DNA of 64,000 nt. Source: an uncultured delta proteobacterium (lineage in GTDB: Bacteria; Desulfobacterota; Zymogenia; Zymogenales; Zymogenaceae). A program made the translations under genes and the position numbers. This document shows positions 19,717 through 29,454 of the stretch, piece after piece. The DNA is taken from the NCBI GenBank assembly GCA_963792965.1, contig CAWBYW010000016.1:192001-256000 (forward strand), written 5' to 3'. Under the pieces are notes generated by a model. It was not told the origin of the DNA and searched no databases. It was given only the letters and a program-made list of their open reading frames with translations. The stretch's first letter is position 1; the number at the start of each line of letters is the position of its first letter.

Positions 19717-19746
19717 TTGACATTATCGATAATTATTGTCTATAAT
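19717..19746 (+). promoter_or_regulatory. Sigma-70 promoter of wrbA with a palindrome in the spacer
   Basis: TTGACA-18 nt-TATAAT; ATTATCGATAAT at 19722-19733. Confidence 0.7.
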
Positions 19747-19778
19747 AGCATATACCACTGAACGGAAAGGAGGGAGCC

Positions 19779-20390
19779 ATGAAAGTACTCATCGTATTCT
19801 ATTCCATGTACGGCCACATCTGGCGCATGGCCGAGGCCGTGGCCGAGGGGGTGAAGAAGGTTGCCGGTGCCGAGCCCGTTCTGCGACGCGTCCCCGAGAC
19901 CCTCCCCGACGAGGTCCTGAAAATGATGGGTGCGCTCGAGCCCCAGAAGGCTTTATCCCACATCCTGGTTTGCAGCGTTGATGAGCTCAAGGGTGCCGAC
20001 GCCATTATCTTCGGAACGCCGACCCGCTTCGGCAACATGTGCGGTCAGATGCGGCAGTTCCTTGATGCCACCGGCGGCCTCTGGGCGGCGGGCGCGCTCG
20101 TCGGCAAGGTCGGCAGCGTCTTTACCAGCTCCGCCACGCAGCATGGCGGGCAGGAGTCGACCATATTAAGTTTCCACTACACGCTGCTCCACCACGGGAT
20201 GGTGATCGCCGGACTCCCCTATGCGTTTGCCGGCCAGACGAGAATCGACGAGATCACCGGCGGCTCGCCCTACGGTGCATCGACCATCGCCGGCCCCAAA
20301 GGGGAGCGGCTGCCGTCGGAAAACGAGCTTGCCGCGGCTCGGTTCCAGGGGGAGTACGTCGCCTCGATTGCCGCGAAGCTGAAGAAGTAG
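19779..20390 (+). CDS. wrbA: NAD(P)H:quinone oxidoreductase type IV
   Basis: [30 protein letters not shown]. Confidence 0.95.
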   Translation: MKVLIVFYSMYGHIWRMAEAVAEGVKKVAGAEPVLRRVPETLPDEVLKMMGALEPQKALSHILVCSVDELKGADAIIFGTPTRFGNMCGQMRQFLDATGGLWAAGALVGKVGSVFTSSATQHGGQESTILSFHYTLLHHGMVIAGLPYAFAGQTRIDEITGGSPYGASTIAGPKGERLPSENELAAARFQGEYVASIAAKLKK

Positions 20391-20400
20391 ACTCGACGAC

Positions 20401-20426
20401 CGCCCTTCGGCATAAGCCGAAGGGCG
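20401..20426 (+). terminator. Hairpin downstream of wrbA
   Basis: CGCCCTTCGGC-ATAA-GCCGAAGGGCG; no clear U tract. Confidence 0.5.
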
Positions 20427-20581
20427 CGACCTTATAGGGTCTCCGGAGACTCCACCCGCTTTTGTTGACACACGCCCGACCGAGGTGCGGCTCCTTGACT
20501 CGGGGACGGCCCCGTGATAAGAGGGTGCTTTGTTTGCTTTTTTATCGTCTCGAGCTCACTAACCCTTCTTCGTCAATTGAC

Positions 20582-21406
20582 ATGAAACATTCATTGGATG
20601 AATTTCAGGCGTTCCTCGGCCATTCGGATAAATACGGGGTGCACTTCGGCCCATTCGAGGATCGTCATTTCCCTCCCCACACCCGGATCGGTCTGAGAAT
20701 CGCTGTCCCTCTGGGGCTGTCGATCTTGAACTTCGGCTACGGAACGTCCCGAGTCGAGACAATCGAGAGCCCGATCCACGGTGAACTCCTTTCTCACGGT
20801 GAGAGGATCATCTACGCCCATTGGCACCGTTACGCCCAGTATTACTATTTTTGGGCGCGTCACCGGCGGCACGTGATCATGAGTAGCCCAAAGGACGCCG
20901 GCGAATATGGGGCCCGCTGCATGGCCCGTGTGGAAATCCTCACCGTCAGGGGCTCCACCTCTTCTCGATCGAGAACCGGCGCCGTCCGCGATAAGAAGGG
21001 AAAAGAGGCGATAGCGGCCATGGTAGGCTTGATCCGGGACGAGGGCTTTCACGCCGGCCTCACCGTGGACGGTCCGAGGGGACCGGCCCTCATGCTCAGG
21101 AAGGGTGTCGTCGCGCTGGCGCGGGAGACCGGTGCCCCCATCTTTCCGATGACCGTTGCCGGCCGTCCCCATGCGCGCCTTACCACCTGGGATCGAATGT
21201 GGGTCCCGCTGCCGTTTTCACGGATCATATTTTTTTTCACCGGCCCTTTTTACGTGCCCCGGAGGGCTTCCGTCGGACGGCTCGAAGCGATCCGGGCGGA
21301 GATCGAGGCCCACATGCAGGAGATGGCCCATAAGGCCGAGCGTTATTTTGTCGATAAGAACGTCCGGCGTCAGTTTCCCGAGCCGGTCTGGGAAGACCGG
21401 GCGTAG
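20582..21406 (+). CDS. DUF374 / lysophospholipid acyltransferase family protein
   Basis: WH, S.KDAGE, VRGSTS, TVDGPRGP, TWDRM.VPLPFS. Confidence 0.8.
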   Translation: MKHSLDEFQAFLGHSDKYGVHFGPFEDRHFPPHTRIGLRIAVPLGLSILNFGYGTSRVETIESPIHGELLSHGERIIYAHWHRYAQYYYFWARHRRHVIMSSPKDAGEYGARCMARVEILTVRGSTSSRSRTGAVRDKKGKEAIAAMVGLIRDEGFHAGLTVDGPRGPALMLRKGVVALARETGAPIFPMTVAGRPHARLTTWDRMWVPLPFSRIIFFFTGPFYVPRRASVGRLEAIRAEIEAHMQEMAHKAERYFVDKNVRRQFPEPVWEDRA

Positions 21407-21461
21407 AGGGAAAAGGCGCATCCACCCCGTGAGCCTTTATGTCCGGAAATGGAAAATCGAT

Positions 21462-21490
21462 TTGACACGCCGACAGAAAAATAGTATAAA
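21462..21490 (+). promoter_or_regulatory. Sigma-70 promoter of the CDF pair
   Basis: TTGACA-17 nt-TATAAA. Confidence 0.6.
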
Positions 21491-21589
21491 GAGCTCAGCG
21501 GATATATCAGGCAAGAAACCAGTCAAAAGCCCCCTCGGCTCAAGCCCATCATAAAGCGATCGAATACAAAAGGAGATGTCCATACTTCC

Positions 21590-22579
21590 ATGGATCCGAA
21601 GCGCTATAAGACTCCCGTCGCCCTCCTTTCCGTGGTGTCCAACTCGATCCTCGTGATCCTGAAGTTCGTCATCGGGATCTTGATCGGGTCGGTATCGGTC
21701 ATCTCCGAGGCGATCCACTCCGGGGTCGACTTGGTGGCCTCTTTCATCGCCCTGTTCTCGGTTAAAAAATCCGCAAAGCCCGCCGACGACGAACACCCGT
21801 TCGGCCACGGAAAGGTGGAGAATATCTCAGGGACCATTGAGGCCATCCTCATCTTCTTTGCCGCAGGGGTTATCATCAACGAGGCGTTCCATAAGCTGGC
21901 AAACCCCCAGCCGCTGGATATGGTGGGGTGGGGCTTAGTCGTTATGCTCATTTCGTCCGTCCTGAACCTCGTCGTTTCTCACCTCCTCTTTGTGGTCGGC
22001 CGCGCGACCGAATCGGTGGCGCTGGAGGCCGACGCCTGGCATCTCAGGACCGACGTCTATACTTCGGCGGGCGTCCTCTTCGGCCTCCTTATCATCTGGG
22101 CCGGTAAGCGCCTGATGCCCACCGTCAACCTCAATTGGATCGATCCGGTGGCGGCCATCGCCGTGGCGCTCCTTATCGTCCGCGCCGCCTACCTGATGGT
22201 CATAAAATCGGCCCGCGACATCCTCGACGTCAGCCTGCCGGACGAAGAGCTCTCCCAGATCCGCGACCTGATCCTCAGGCAGGCGCCCGACGTACTCGGC
22301 TTTCACGACATGAAGACCCGAAAGGCCGGCTCGACCCGGTTCGTGGAATTTCACCTGCTGGTGGACGAGGATATGTCCGTTCTAAACTCGCACCGAATCA
22401 CCCAGGTCATCGATGACGACATAAGCGCGCTCTTCCCCGATGCCCAGGTAACGATACACATCGAGCCGTGCGACAAGACCTGTCCCTCCGAGTGCGTCAA
22501 GAACTGCATCCTGACGGAGAAGGAGGGGATCTCCCGGGGACGCCCGATCATGGCGACAAGACAAAAGGGCGAAATATGA
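21590..22579 (+). CDS. Cation diffusion facilitator (FieF-like), copy 1
   Basis: SEAIHSGVD, PADDEHPFGHGKVE, ADAWHLRTD, IHIEP. Confidence 0.93.
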   Translation: MDPKRYKTPVALLSVVSNSILVILKFVIGILIGSVSVISEAIHSGVDLVASFIALFSVKKSAKPADDEHPFGHGKVENISGTIEAILIFFAAGVIINEAFHKLANPQPLDMVGWGLVVMLISSVLNLVVSHLLFVVGRATESVALEADAWHLRTDVYTSAGVLFGLLIIWAGKRLMPTVNLNWIDPVAAIAVALLIVRAAYLMVIKSARDILDVSLPDEELSQIRDLILRQAPDVLGFHDMKTRKAGSTRFVEFHLLVDEDMSVLNSHRITQVIDDDISALFPDAQVTIHIEPCDKTCPSECVKNCILTEKEGISRGRPIMATRQKGEI

Positions 22580-22675
22580 GGCCGGTTCGACCGGGCAACC
22601 ACGAGACGGATGCCCCCGCAGGCTCGCCCGGGTGGTTTCGCAAATAGGGGACATAAAACGAAACCCTCATCTCTT

Positions 22676-23629
22676 ATGGATCCGAAGCGGTATAAGACCT
22701 CAGTCGCCCTCCTTGCGGTGGTGTCCAACTCCATCCTTGTCGTGTTCAAGCTTGCCGTCGGCCTCATGATCGGCTCGGTCTCCGTCATTTCCGAGGCAAT
22801 CCATTCCGCCGTCGACCTCGTATCATCCCTGATCGCCTTCGTATCGGTGAAAAAGGCGTCGCGCCCCCCCGACGAGACACACTCCTTCGGCCACGGCAAG
22901 CTCGAGAATGTCTCCGGGACGATCGAGGCGTTCCTTATCCTTCTTGCCGCGGGGTGGATCATCGCCGAGGCGGTCCACAAGCTGCGCCACCCCGCCAGCG
23001 TCTCATCCGTTGGCTGGGGGGTCGTGCTGATGTTCTGTAGCGCGTCGGCCAACTTCATCGTATCCCATATCGAGTTCGTCGTGGCCAGGGCTACCGAATC
23101 GGTGGCCCTCGAGGCCGACGCCTGGCACCTGAGGACCGATGTCTATACCTCGGCCGGGGTCCTTGCGGGTCTTCTGACGATCTGGATCGGGGGTTACCTC
23201 GCGCCCGGCGTGAACCTCGTCTGGATCGATCCGCTGGCAGCCATCGCCGTGGCGCTCCTCATCGTCCGCACCGCCTATGGGATGATCATCAAGTCGGGGC
23301 GGGATATCTTCGACTTCAGCCTCCCGGCCGATGAGGTCGCAAAGATACGGGACGTGATATCGCGGCAGGCCCCCGAGGTAATCTCGTTTCACGGCATGCG
23401 CACCCGCAAGGCCGGCCCGACCCGATACGTCGAGGTTCACGTAATGGCCGACCGCTCCATGTCGCTCGAAGATTCACACCGGCTCTCCCGAAATGTCAGG
23501 GATGAGATACGCTCCCTCTTTCCGGACACCCACGTGACGATCCACGTCGATCCCTGCGACGGGACCTGCCTCCCGGACTGCGTCGATAACTGTTCGAGCC
23601 CGGATAGAAGAAAACCCCGGGCGGGATAG
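22676..23629 (+). CDS. Cation diffusion facilitator (FieF-like), copy 2
   Basis: Tandem paralog with the same start (MDPKRYKT) and the same motifs. Confidence 0.93.
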   Translation: MDPKRYKTSVALLAVVSNSILVVFKLAVGLMIGSVSVISEAIHSAVDLVSSLIAFVSVKKASRPPDETHSFGHGKLENVSGTIEAFLILLAAGWIIAEAVHKLRHPASVSSVGWGVVLMFCSASANFIVSHIEFVVARATESVALEADAWHLRTDVYTSAGVLAGLLTIWIGGYLAPGVNLVWIDPLAAIAVALLIVRTAYGMIIKSGRDIFDFSLPADEVAKIRDVISRQAPEVISFHGMRTRKAGPTRYVEVHVMADRSMSLEDSHRLSRNVRDEIRSLFPDTHVTIHVDPCDGTCLPDCVDNCSSPDRRKPRAG

Positions 23630-23701
23630 AGTCGAACCGTTCACCCAGACAGATGGTGAGAGCCGGCGGTCCTTTAAAAGAGAGAAGGAGGAAAAGGAGA
23701 T

Positions 23702-24921
23702 ATGAAGGCGATCATCTATGACTTTTCCATTGCGCGCTATTTGCTGTACCGCCCTCGGCGCGATCACGAAAGAGCACCTATACGAGCCCCGTCTCGCCCA
23801 TCAGGCTGTCCGAACTTCCCGACCCACAGCTCCCCGGCCCCGAGTGGGTCGTCGTGAAGACAAGGATGTCCGGCATCTGCGCCTCGGACATGAGCGCCAT
23901 CACGATGAAGGAAAGCCCGACCCTCACTCCCTTCGCCTCCTTCCCCTTCATCCCCGGCCACGAGGACGTGGGGACCATCGTCGAGGCGGGACGGGGCATC
24001 CGCCCGTGGAAGGTCGGCGATCGGGTCGTGGTCAACCCGGCCCTCTCGTGCGCGGCGCGCGGCCTCATGCCGCCCTGCCCGTCGTGCGCACGGGGGGAGA
24101 CCTCCGTGTGCGAGATGGCGGCCGAGGGCAAAACGGCAAAAGGCCTGAGCACCGGCTACTCACACGACACCGGCGGCGGCTGGAGCCCGTACTTCCTCGC
24201 GCACCGGTCCCAGCTTTACTCGCTGGACGGCATTGCCGACGAAGAGGGCGTCATGATCGATGCCTTCTGTTCAGCCCTCCATCCGGTCATGAGCCACCTC
24301 CCGAAGAAAGGACAGTCCGCGCTGGTCATCGGGGCGGGGCCCATCGGGCTTTCGGCGATCCAGGCAATCCGCGCCCTCGCGCAGGGCGTCACGATCATCG
24401 CGCTGGATAAATCGGCTGCGAGCATCACAAGGGCCCGCGAGGCGGGGGCCAGCTTTGCGCTCGGGGCCCGAACGGGCGCCTCGATCTACGAAGAGGTGGC
24501 CGAGATTACCGGGGCGCGCGTTTACAAACCTCTTATCGGACCACAGATCCTTATGGGCGGCGTCGATACGATATTCGACACCGTGGGGCGCGGCTCGACC
24601 ATCGAGATGTCGCTGAGGCTCCTCAAGACGGGGGGGACCTACGCCCTCATCGGCCTTGCCGCCACCGAGCGCCTTGATCTGACCCCCCTTTGGTTCAAAG
24701 AGCTCACGATGGTCGGCTCGCTGGGCTACGGCGCACAGGTATATAAAGGAAAACAGACTCACACATGGGACGTTGCGCTTGATCTCATTTCAAAAAAGCG
24801 GGTGCGGCTGGCCCCCTACGTCACCCACACGTTCGGCCTGAGCGAGTGGCGAGCGGCGATCCGGACCAACCTGAACAAAGAAAGGTACGGCGCGGTCAAG
24901 ACGGCCTTCGTTTTTGACTGA
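23702..24921 (+). CDS. Zn-dependent alcohol dehydrogenase (MDR family); apparent indels at about 23750-23780
   Basis: GICASD, GHE, structural Zn cysteines C..CPSC...C, GAGPIG. AGGAG RBS before ATG 23702, which is out of frame with ORF 23854..24921. Confidence 0.88.
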
Positions 24922-25081
24922 TTGGCGCACCGATGCTCTCCGAGATGCTCCGGGCCGGCCGAAATGTGCCCTACGGCCCTGAATATGAATTTTTCAAAAA
25001 GCGCAAAAAATACTTGATATTTTCGACTTTTAAGTTTATATATAAAAAAATCAAAATCTAAAAAAAGAGCCGAACCTCCCT

Positions 25082-26149
25082 ATGAAAACGTGGATAGGAC
25101 TCATTATTTCCGACGAGAGGCTTGCACGAACGGTTCAAACCCTTCTCAAGGTCAACAGCGCGGCCCAGGTCGTCGGGACCTATACCGACGCGAAAGAGGC
25201 GGCGCGCGACCTTAAAGATAAGGGTGACGTGCTGGTCATATTCGGCATCGGGCCCGATCGCAGGGAGTTCCTGAAAAACCTCAGGGTGATCCAGCTTTCG
25301 GGTCCGTACCCCGTCCTCGGGGTCGGCACCGCTGCCGACGCATCGCCCCTCCTCTTTGATGCCTTCAGGCTCGGGATGCTCGACTTCATCTCCCTCCCCC
25401 CGGAGGAGATCGAAAATCCTACGGATTCGCTCCTCAAGGAGATTATGGAGTCAATCGACGCCCTCTCGGCCGGTAGTTCCGACCGGATCAGACGTGTGGC
25501 CTTGAAACCGTTCAAGGAGACGGAAAAAGTCTCGCCCTCGGATCAGGCATCCTATTACGTCGCCGTTGGCGTTCCACGAGGCGGAGTCAGCTCGGCGGTC
25601 AGGCTCCTTTCTCAGTTCCCCCGGAGGCGCGATACCGCGCTCGTCGTATCCCTCCCGATACCTCAACAGTCCGTGGCCCCGTTTATCGCGGATCTTAAGC
25701 CCTATACACAGTGGTCAGTTCATCCCGCCCTCACGGACGGAAAGATCCAGGGCGGTGGCTGCTACCTCTTCTCGACACAGGCGCAATACACGGTGGAAGG
25801 ATCCATCGACGGAAAGTGCAGGATTGTCACACGGGCTGAAGGCGCATCACCCATCGACTCCATCATGGAAAATCTTGCGGGCTCCTTCGGGGGGTCGGTC
25901 GTCGGCCTGCTGCTGGAGGGGACCGGAAAAGACGGGGTCGGCGGCCTTTCCGCCGTCAAGTCAAGAGGCGGCACCACGTTGACGATCAAGGCGGGTGGAG
26001 GCGTCCTGGGTGGCCGGCCCTCCGCGGCATCTGCAAAGGAATCCGCCGATTTGCTGGTCGATGGTGACGAGCTGGCCAAAGCGCTGACCTCTTTCATGGG
26101 TGAGATGCAGGATATCACCAACATAAACCGTATTCTTAATTATCAATAA
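25082..26149 (+). CDS. Degenerate CheB-like protein (pseudo-receiver plus methylesterase-like domain)
   Basis: Collinear with CheB (VVGT..DAKEA, GMLDFI, GVPRGG, SPID, VGLLLEGTGKDG..GL.AVK.RGG.T) but lacks the phospho-Asp, the receiver Lys, and the catalytic Ser and His. Confidence 0.8.
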   Translation: MKTWIGLIISDERLARTVQTLLKVNSAAQVVGTYTDAKEAARDLKDKGDVLVIFGIGPDRREFLKNLRVIQLSGPYPVLGVGTAADASPLLFDAFRLGMLDFISLPPEEIENPTDSLLKEIMESIDALSAGSSDRIRRVALKPFKETEKVSPSDQASYYVAVGVPRGGVSSAVRLLSQFPRRRDTALVVSLPIPQQSVAPFIADLKPYTQWSVHPALTDGKIQGGGCYLFSTQAQYTVEGSIDGKCRIVTRAEGASPIDSIMENLAGSFGGSVVGLLLEGTGKDGVGGLSAVKSRGGTTLTIKAGGGVLGGRPSAASAKESADLLVDGDELAKALTSFMGEMQDITNINRILNYQ

Positions 26150-26167
26150 CAGACGAGGAGTGGTACC

Positions 26168-27391
26168 ATGTCCCTGATTAACGAGCTTGAGGACATGTCC
26201 CTCAAAATGTCTCCGCGGTTTGTAAGAAATGTCAAGAGTGCCCTTGAGATCGCGCTGGAAGAAAAGGCACCGGTTCAGCTCGATGACGTGAAGGCATCTC
26301 TCGCCGATTTTATCGAGGCGGTCAAGATCATGGGGCTTGACGAGCTGAGAACGAAACTCGAAGACATAGCCCGAATTCTCGAAGCTCCGGGACCGGCCGC
26401 GCAGGTTCTCCTCCAATTCCGCTCCGAGTTCAACACCCTGGCCGACAATGTCCCTTCCGACGAGCGGGAGTTCCTCAAAAAAAAGGAGCCGCCCCCGTTT
26501 GAAAATATGGATGTGTCCATCGACCGGGACGTCATCGATCGGTTTACGGCGATCCCCGGCGTCGGGGAAGAGAGGGCGCGCGTCCTTTACTTTTCCGGGT
26601 TCAAATCGGTGGAAGATCTCTCGACGGCCTCTGTCGCCAGGCTCTTCGGCGTGCCGGGCATGACACTGTCCGTGGCCAAGAAAATCGCGGACCACTTCAA
26701 CCCCAACCGGCTGGTGAGGCTTGAAACCCTGGCCCGTGACGAAGAGCCTTCCACGAAGGCGGAGATATCGTTTGTCGGAAAGCCACAGCCCATCCGCGAC
26801 AGTGAAGCGGTCGCGATGGACGAAGTGGAGCCGGGCGAGGATCTCGAGCTGATCGAGCTCTTCATCGAGCGTCTTACGGAGTATCTTGACGGGGCCTCCA
26901 CAATTATTGAGAATCTTTCATCCCAATCTCTCTCCTCGGAGATGATTCTCCATCTGGAGGAGATCACCCACGAGCTCGTTAAGACCGCACGCTACATGGG
27001 ATTTGAACAGATCCACGTCGTCGCCGAGCGCCTCGAGTCAACAATCAAGGACATCATCTCCGGCGACGATCAACTGACGAAGGACACCGTCTTCTTCCTC
27101 AAGGACTCCCTCAAGCAGATCGAGACGGGCTGCGCCGGCCTTAAGAAGGGTATCGAGCGGCTCAAGGAGAAAAGAGAAGAAACCGCGGTATCCCTTGAGT
27201 ACAACATCCTGACGATGGCAAACTACTGGGGCGAGCTCTCCGATCTCTATAAGGATACCCACGAGATCCTGCGCAGGGTCTCCCAGCAGGGAACTTTCTC
27301 CACCGAAGACCTCGAGCGCCTCAGGGAAAACAGCTCGAGGCTCGACGATTTGGCAGGATCGATTTCGGAGCTCGTGGAGGACCTCTCGTAG
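26168..27391 (+). CDS. Hpt domain plus tandem helix-hairpin-helix protein
   Basis: HhH pair IPGVGEERARVL..SGFKSVEDL...VPGMTLSVAKKI; Hpt-like ELIELFIE...ITHELVKTARYMGFEQI..VAERLE. Confidence 0.75.
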   Translation: MSLINELEDMSLKMSPRFVRNVKSALEIALEEKAPVQLDDVKASLADFIEAVKIMGLDELRTKLEDIARILEAPGPAAQVLLQFRSEFNTLADNVPSDEREFLKKKEPPPFENMDVSIDRDVIDRFTAIPGVGEERARVLYFSGFKSVEDLSTASVARLFGVPGMTLSVAKKIADHFNPNRLVRLETLARDEEPSTKAEISFVGKPQPIRDSEAVAMDEVEPGEDLELIELFIERLTEYLDGASTIIENLSSQSLSSEMILHLEEITHELVKTARYMGFEQIHVVAERLESTIKDIISGDDQLTKDTVFFLKDSLKQIETGCAGLKKGIERLKEKREETAVSLEYNILTMANYWGELSDLYKDTHEILRRVSQQGTFSTEDLERLRENSSRLDDLAGSISELVEDLS

Positions 27392-27478
27392 TCGCCCGAG
27401 CCTCCGCCACATTTTCTTAACCGCCCTATCCGGGCGGCGGTATCTTACAAGCGGCTCTGAAACCGGGGGAGTGCGTCT

Positions 27479-28240
27479 ATGGCCAAGATAATTGCCGTGG
27501 TCAGTCAAAAGGGTGGGGTCGGCAAGACCACAACAGCGGTGAACCTTGCCGCCAGTATGGCGGCCCTCGAGGCGCGGTCGCTGGTCGTCGGAATCGACCC
27601 TCAGTGCGGCGTTTCAGTCTCCTTCGGCATGGACAGCAAGAGCGTCTCCTACGGCGTCTTTAACGTCATCTATCACGATGTCCCGACGATGGAGGCCGTC
27701 CGCCATTCCGAAATCAAGTTCCTCGACGTAATCGTCAATAACACCGCCAACCCCGATGAGGAGGAGCTCCTTACCCAGGCGATGAGGAAGGAACGGTTTA
27801 AGCTCAAGGACAAGCTGGCCGAGATTGACAAATTCTACGACTTCATCGTGCTCGACTGCCCACCGGCGCTCAACTCGCTCACAATCTCCAGCATGATTGC
27901 CGCAAATTCTCTCCTGGTCCCGGTACAGGGCGAGTTCTTCTCCATGGACAGCCTGGGCAAGCTCCTCAGGGCCGCGCGTGAGGTGGCAAAGAGATACAAT
28001 CCTTCCCTCTACATCGAGGGTTTTCTCCTCACCATGGTGGACCACCGGACCAACCTCGGCAAGAAGATCAGCGAGAATCTGAAGCGAGCTATGGGAGACA
28101 AGGTCTTCACGACGGCGATCCCGCGAACGATCAGGCTGGCCGAGGCGCCGCTCATGAAAAAGCCGATTATCCTCTTTGACATCAGCTCGGTAGGCACCAA
28201 GGCCTACCTTTCGCTGGCGCAGGAGATCATGACGAAGTAG
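27479..28240 (+). CDS. ParA/Soj family ATPase (no parB nearby)
   Basis: Deviant Walker A KGGVGKTT, DPQ, DCPP, PVQGE, DHRT, PRTIRLAEAP. Confidence 0.93.
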   Translation: MAKIIAVVSQKGGVGKTTTAVNLAASMAALEARSLVVGIDPQCGVSVSFGMDSKSVSYGVFNVIYHDVPTMEAVRHSEIKFLDVIVNNTANPDEEELLTQAMRKERFKLKDKLAEIDKFYDFIVLDCPPALNSLTISSMIAANSLLVPVQGEFFSMDSLGKLLRAAREVAKRYNPSLYIEGFLLTMVDHRTNLGKKISENLKRAMGDKVFTTAIPRTIRLAEAPLMKKPIILFDISSVGTKAYLSLAQEIMTK

Positions 28241-28759
28241 ACCGGACGGCTCGCCCATTCGTAATATACCTCTGAATGATACAGGAGATGCACCGAGCAT
28301 GAGCCGCGAAGAGACGTGATTGCCTTTTTCCAGATCCACTATTTTTCCACGCCACGCACACAGAAAATTCGGAGACATACAAGACGGAAGGGTTTTCGTC
28401 CAAGAGATACAGGATACAAAATACAATAGGGGATGCGCGTCAATAGCATACGCGGTCCCTGCGTTGCTCTATGTGCGGAAGGCTCACTCGTAATCCTCCC
28501 GCTTTCGAGACTCTTCCCGGTATCGCTCTTCTTGATTCACCGTAGATTCTTTAACAGAGGCGTCGTGAGCAAAACGATGGACACTAAAATATTAGAAAAA
28601 AAGTAATACTAATAGAGGCAAAGAGGGCTATTCTACGAGAGAAGGGAGCCCTGATCGAACGGCGGCATATTTCTTAGGCCTCGTGTATTGGCTCTTGCCA
28701 ACATATACTATATCTAAACCCTAAACATCTCAAACTGTTTTATTCAAGGAGGTACTGTC

Positions 28760-29308
28760 ATGGGCGACGCTGTAATCGGTCACGGAATGTTCGAGCTGCG
28801 TGAAAACGAAGAAATCTGGGGTGTCAATCGCCGTTTTGTTCTTTTCTCCAACGCACTATTACTTAACATGATGGAAAGGATCGAAGGCGTGTTGGGGCCG
28901 GTCGGTAAAAGGCAGATATATGAGGTCGGGTATTCATCGGGCAAATTGGGCGGAGAGAAGATGCGGCCCATATTCAAAGGAGGAATCGAACAGTTCAAAC
29001 AGCATGTCAACCTCAGCACTAATCTGGGCTGGGGAAAGATCAATACGATAGACTACGATGAAAAAGACGGGAAGATCGTGTTGGAGTACGTGAACACCTG
29101 GGAATCGGGGGGATACCGGGAAGTCCACGGAGATAAAAAGACGACGGGCTCGATCTGTCTGATCTCCGCGGGCCTTGCGGCGGGGGCCGCCGAGGGGGCT
29201 TTTGAGACTCCCTACGAATGCACCGAGGAGCTGTGCGTCTGCAAGGGCGATAAGGTGTGCCGATTCGTGGTAACGCCGATGGGCGAGAAACGAAAGATCC
29301 TCAAATAG
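28760..29308 (+). CDS. V4R (4-vinyl reductase) domain protein
   Basis: GWGK, C...AG..AG, ECTEELCVCKGDKVCRF. AGGAGG RBS. Confidence 0.85.
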   Translation: MGDAVIGHGMFELRENEEIWGVNRRFVLFSNALLLNMMERIEGVLGPVGKRQIYEVGYSSGKLGGEKMRPIFKGGIEQFKQHVNLSTNLGWGKINTIDYDEKDGKIVLEYVNTWESGGYREVHGDKKTTGSICLISAGLAAGAAEGAFETPYECTEELCVCKGDKVCRFVVTPMGEKRKILK

Positions 29309-29408
29309 GGCTGGCGCTTTTTGAGAATAAACCGGCCGAGAAAGACTCAAGGCTTTCTGAAGACGAACGAACGGGGGCCCGCCTCTCACAGGACATCGGC
29401 AATAAATA

Positions 29409-29434
29409 GGAAAGGGGGCGTTCGCCCCCTTTCC
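29409..29434. terminator. Terminator hairpin between convergent genes
   Basis: GGAAAGGGGGCGTTCGCCCCCTTTCC. Confidence 0.75.
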
Positions 29435-29454
29435 TCGTATCTTCGGATTCTCTG

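Noticed and set aside
27479-28240. ParA as a sign of a plasmid, ICE or the origin region
   Set aside because: No parB, rep, integrase, dnaA or gidA/B nearby; the flanks are ordinary chromosomal genes.
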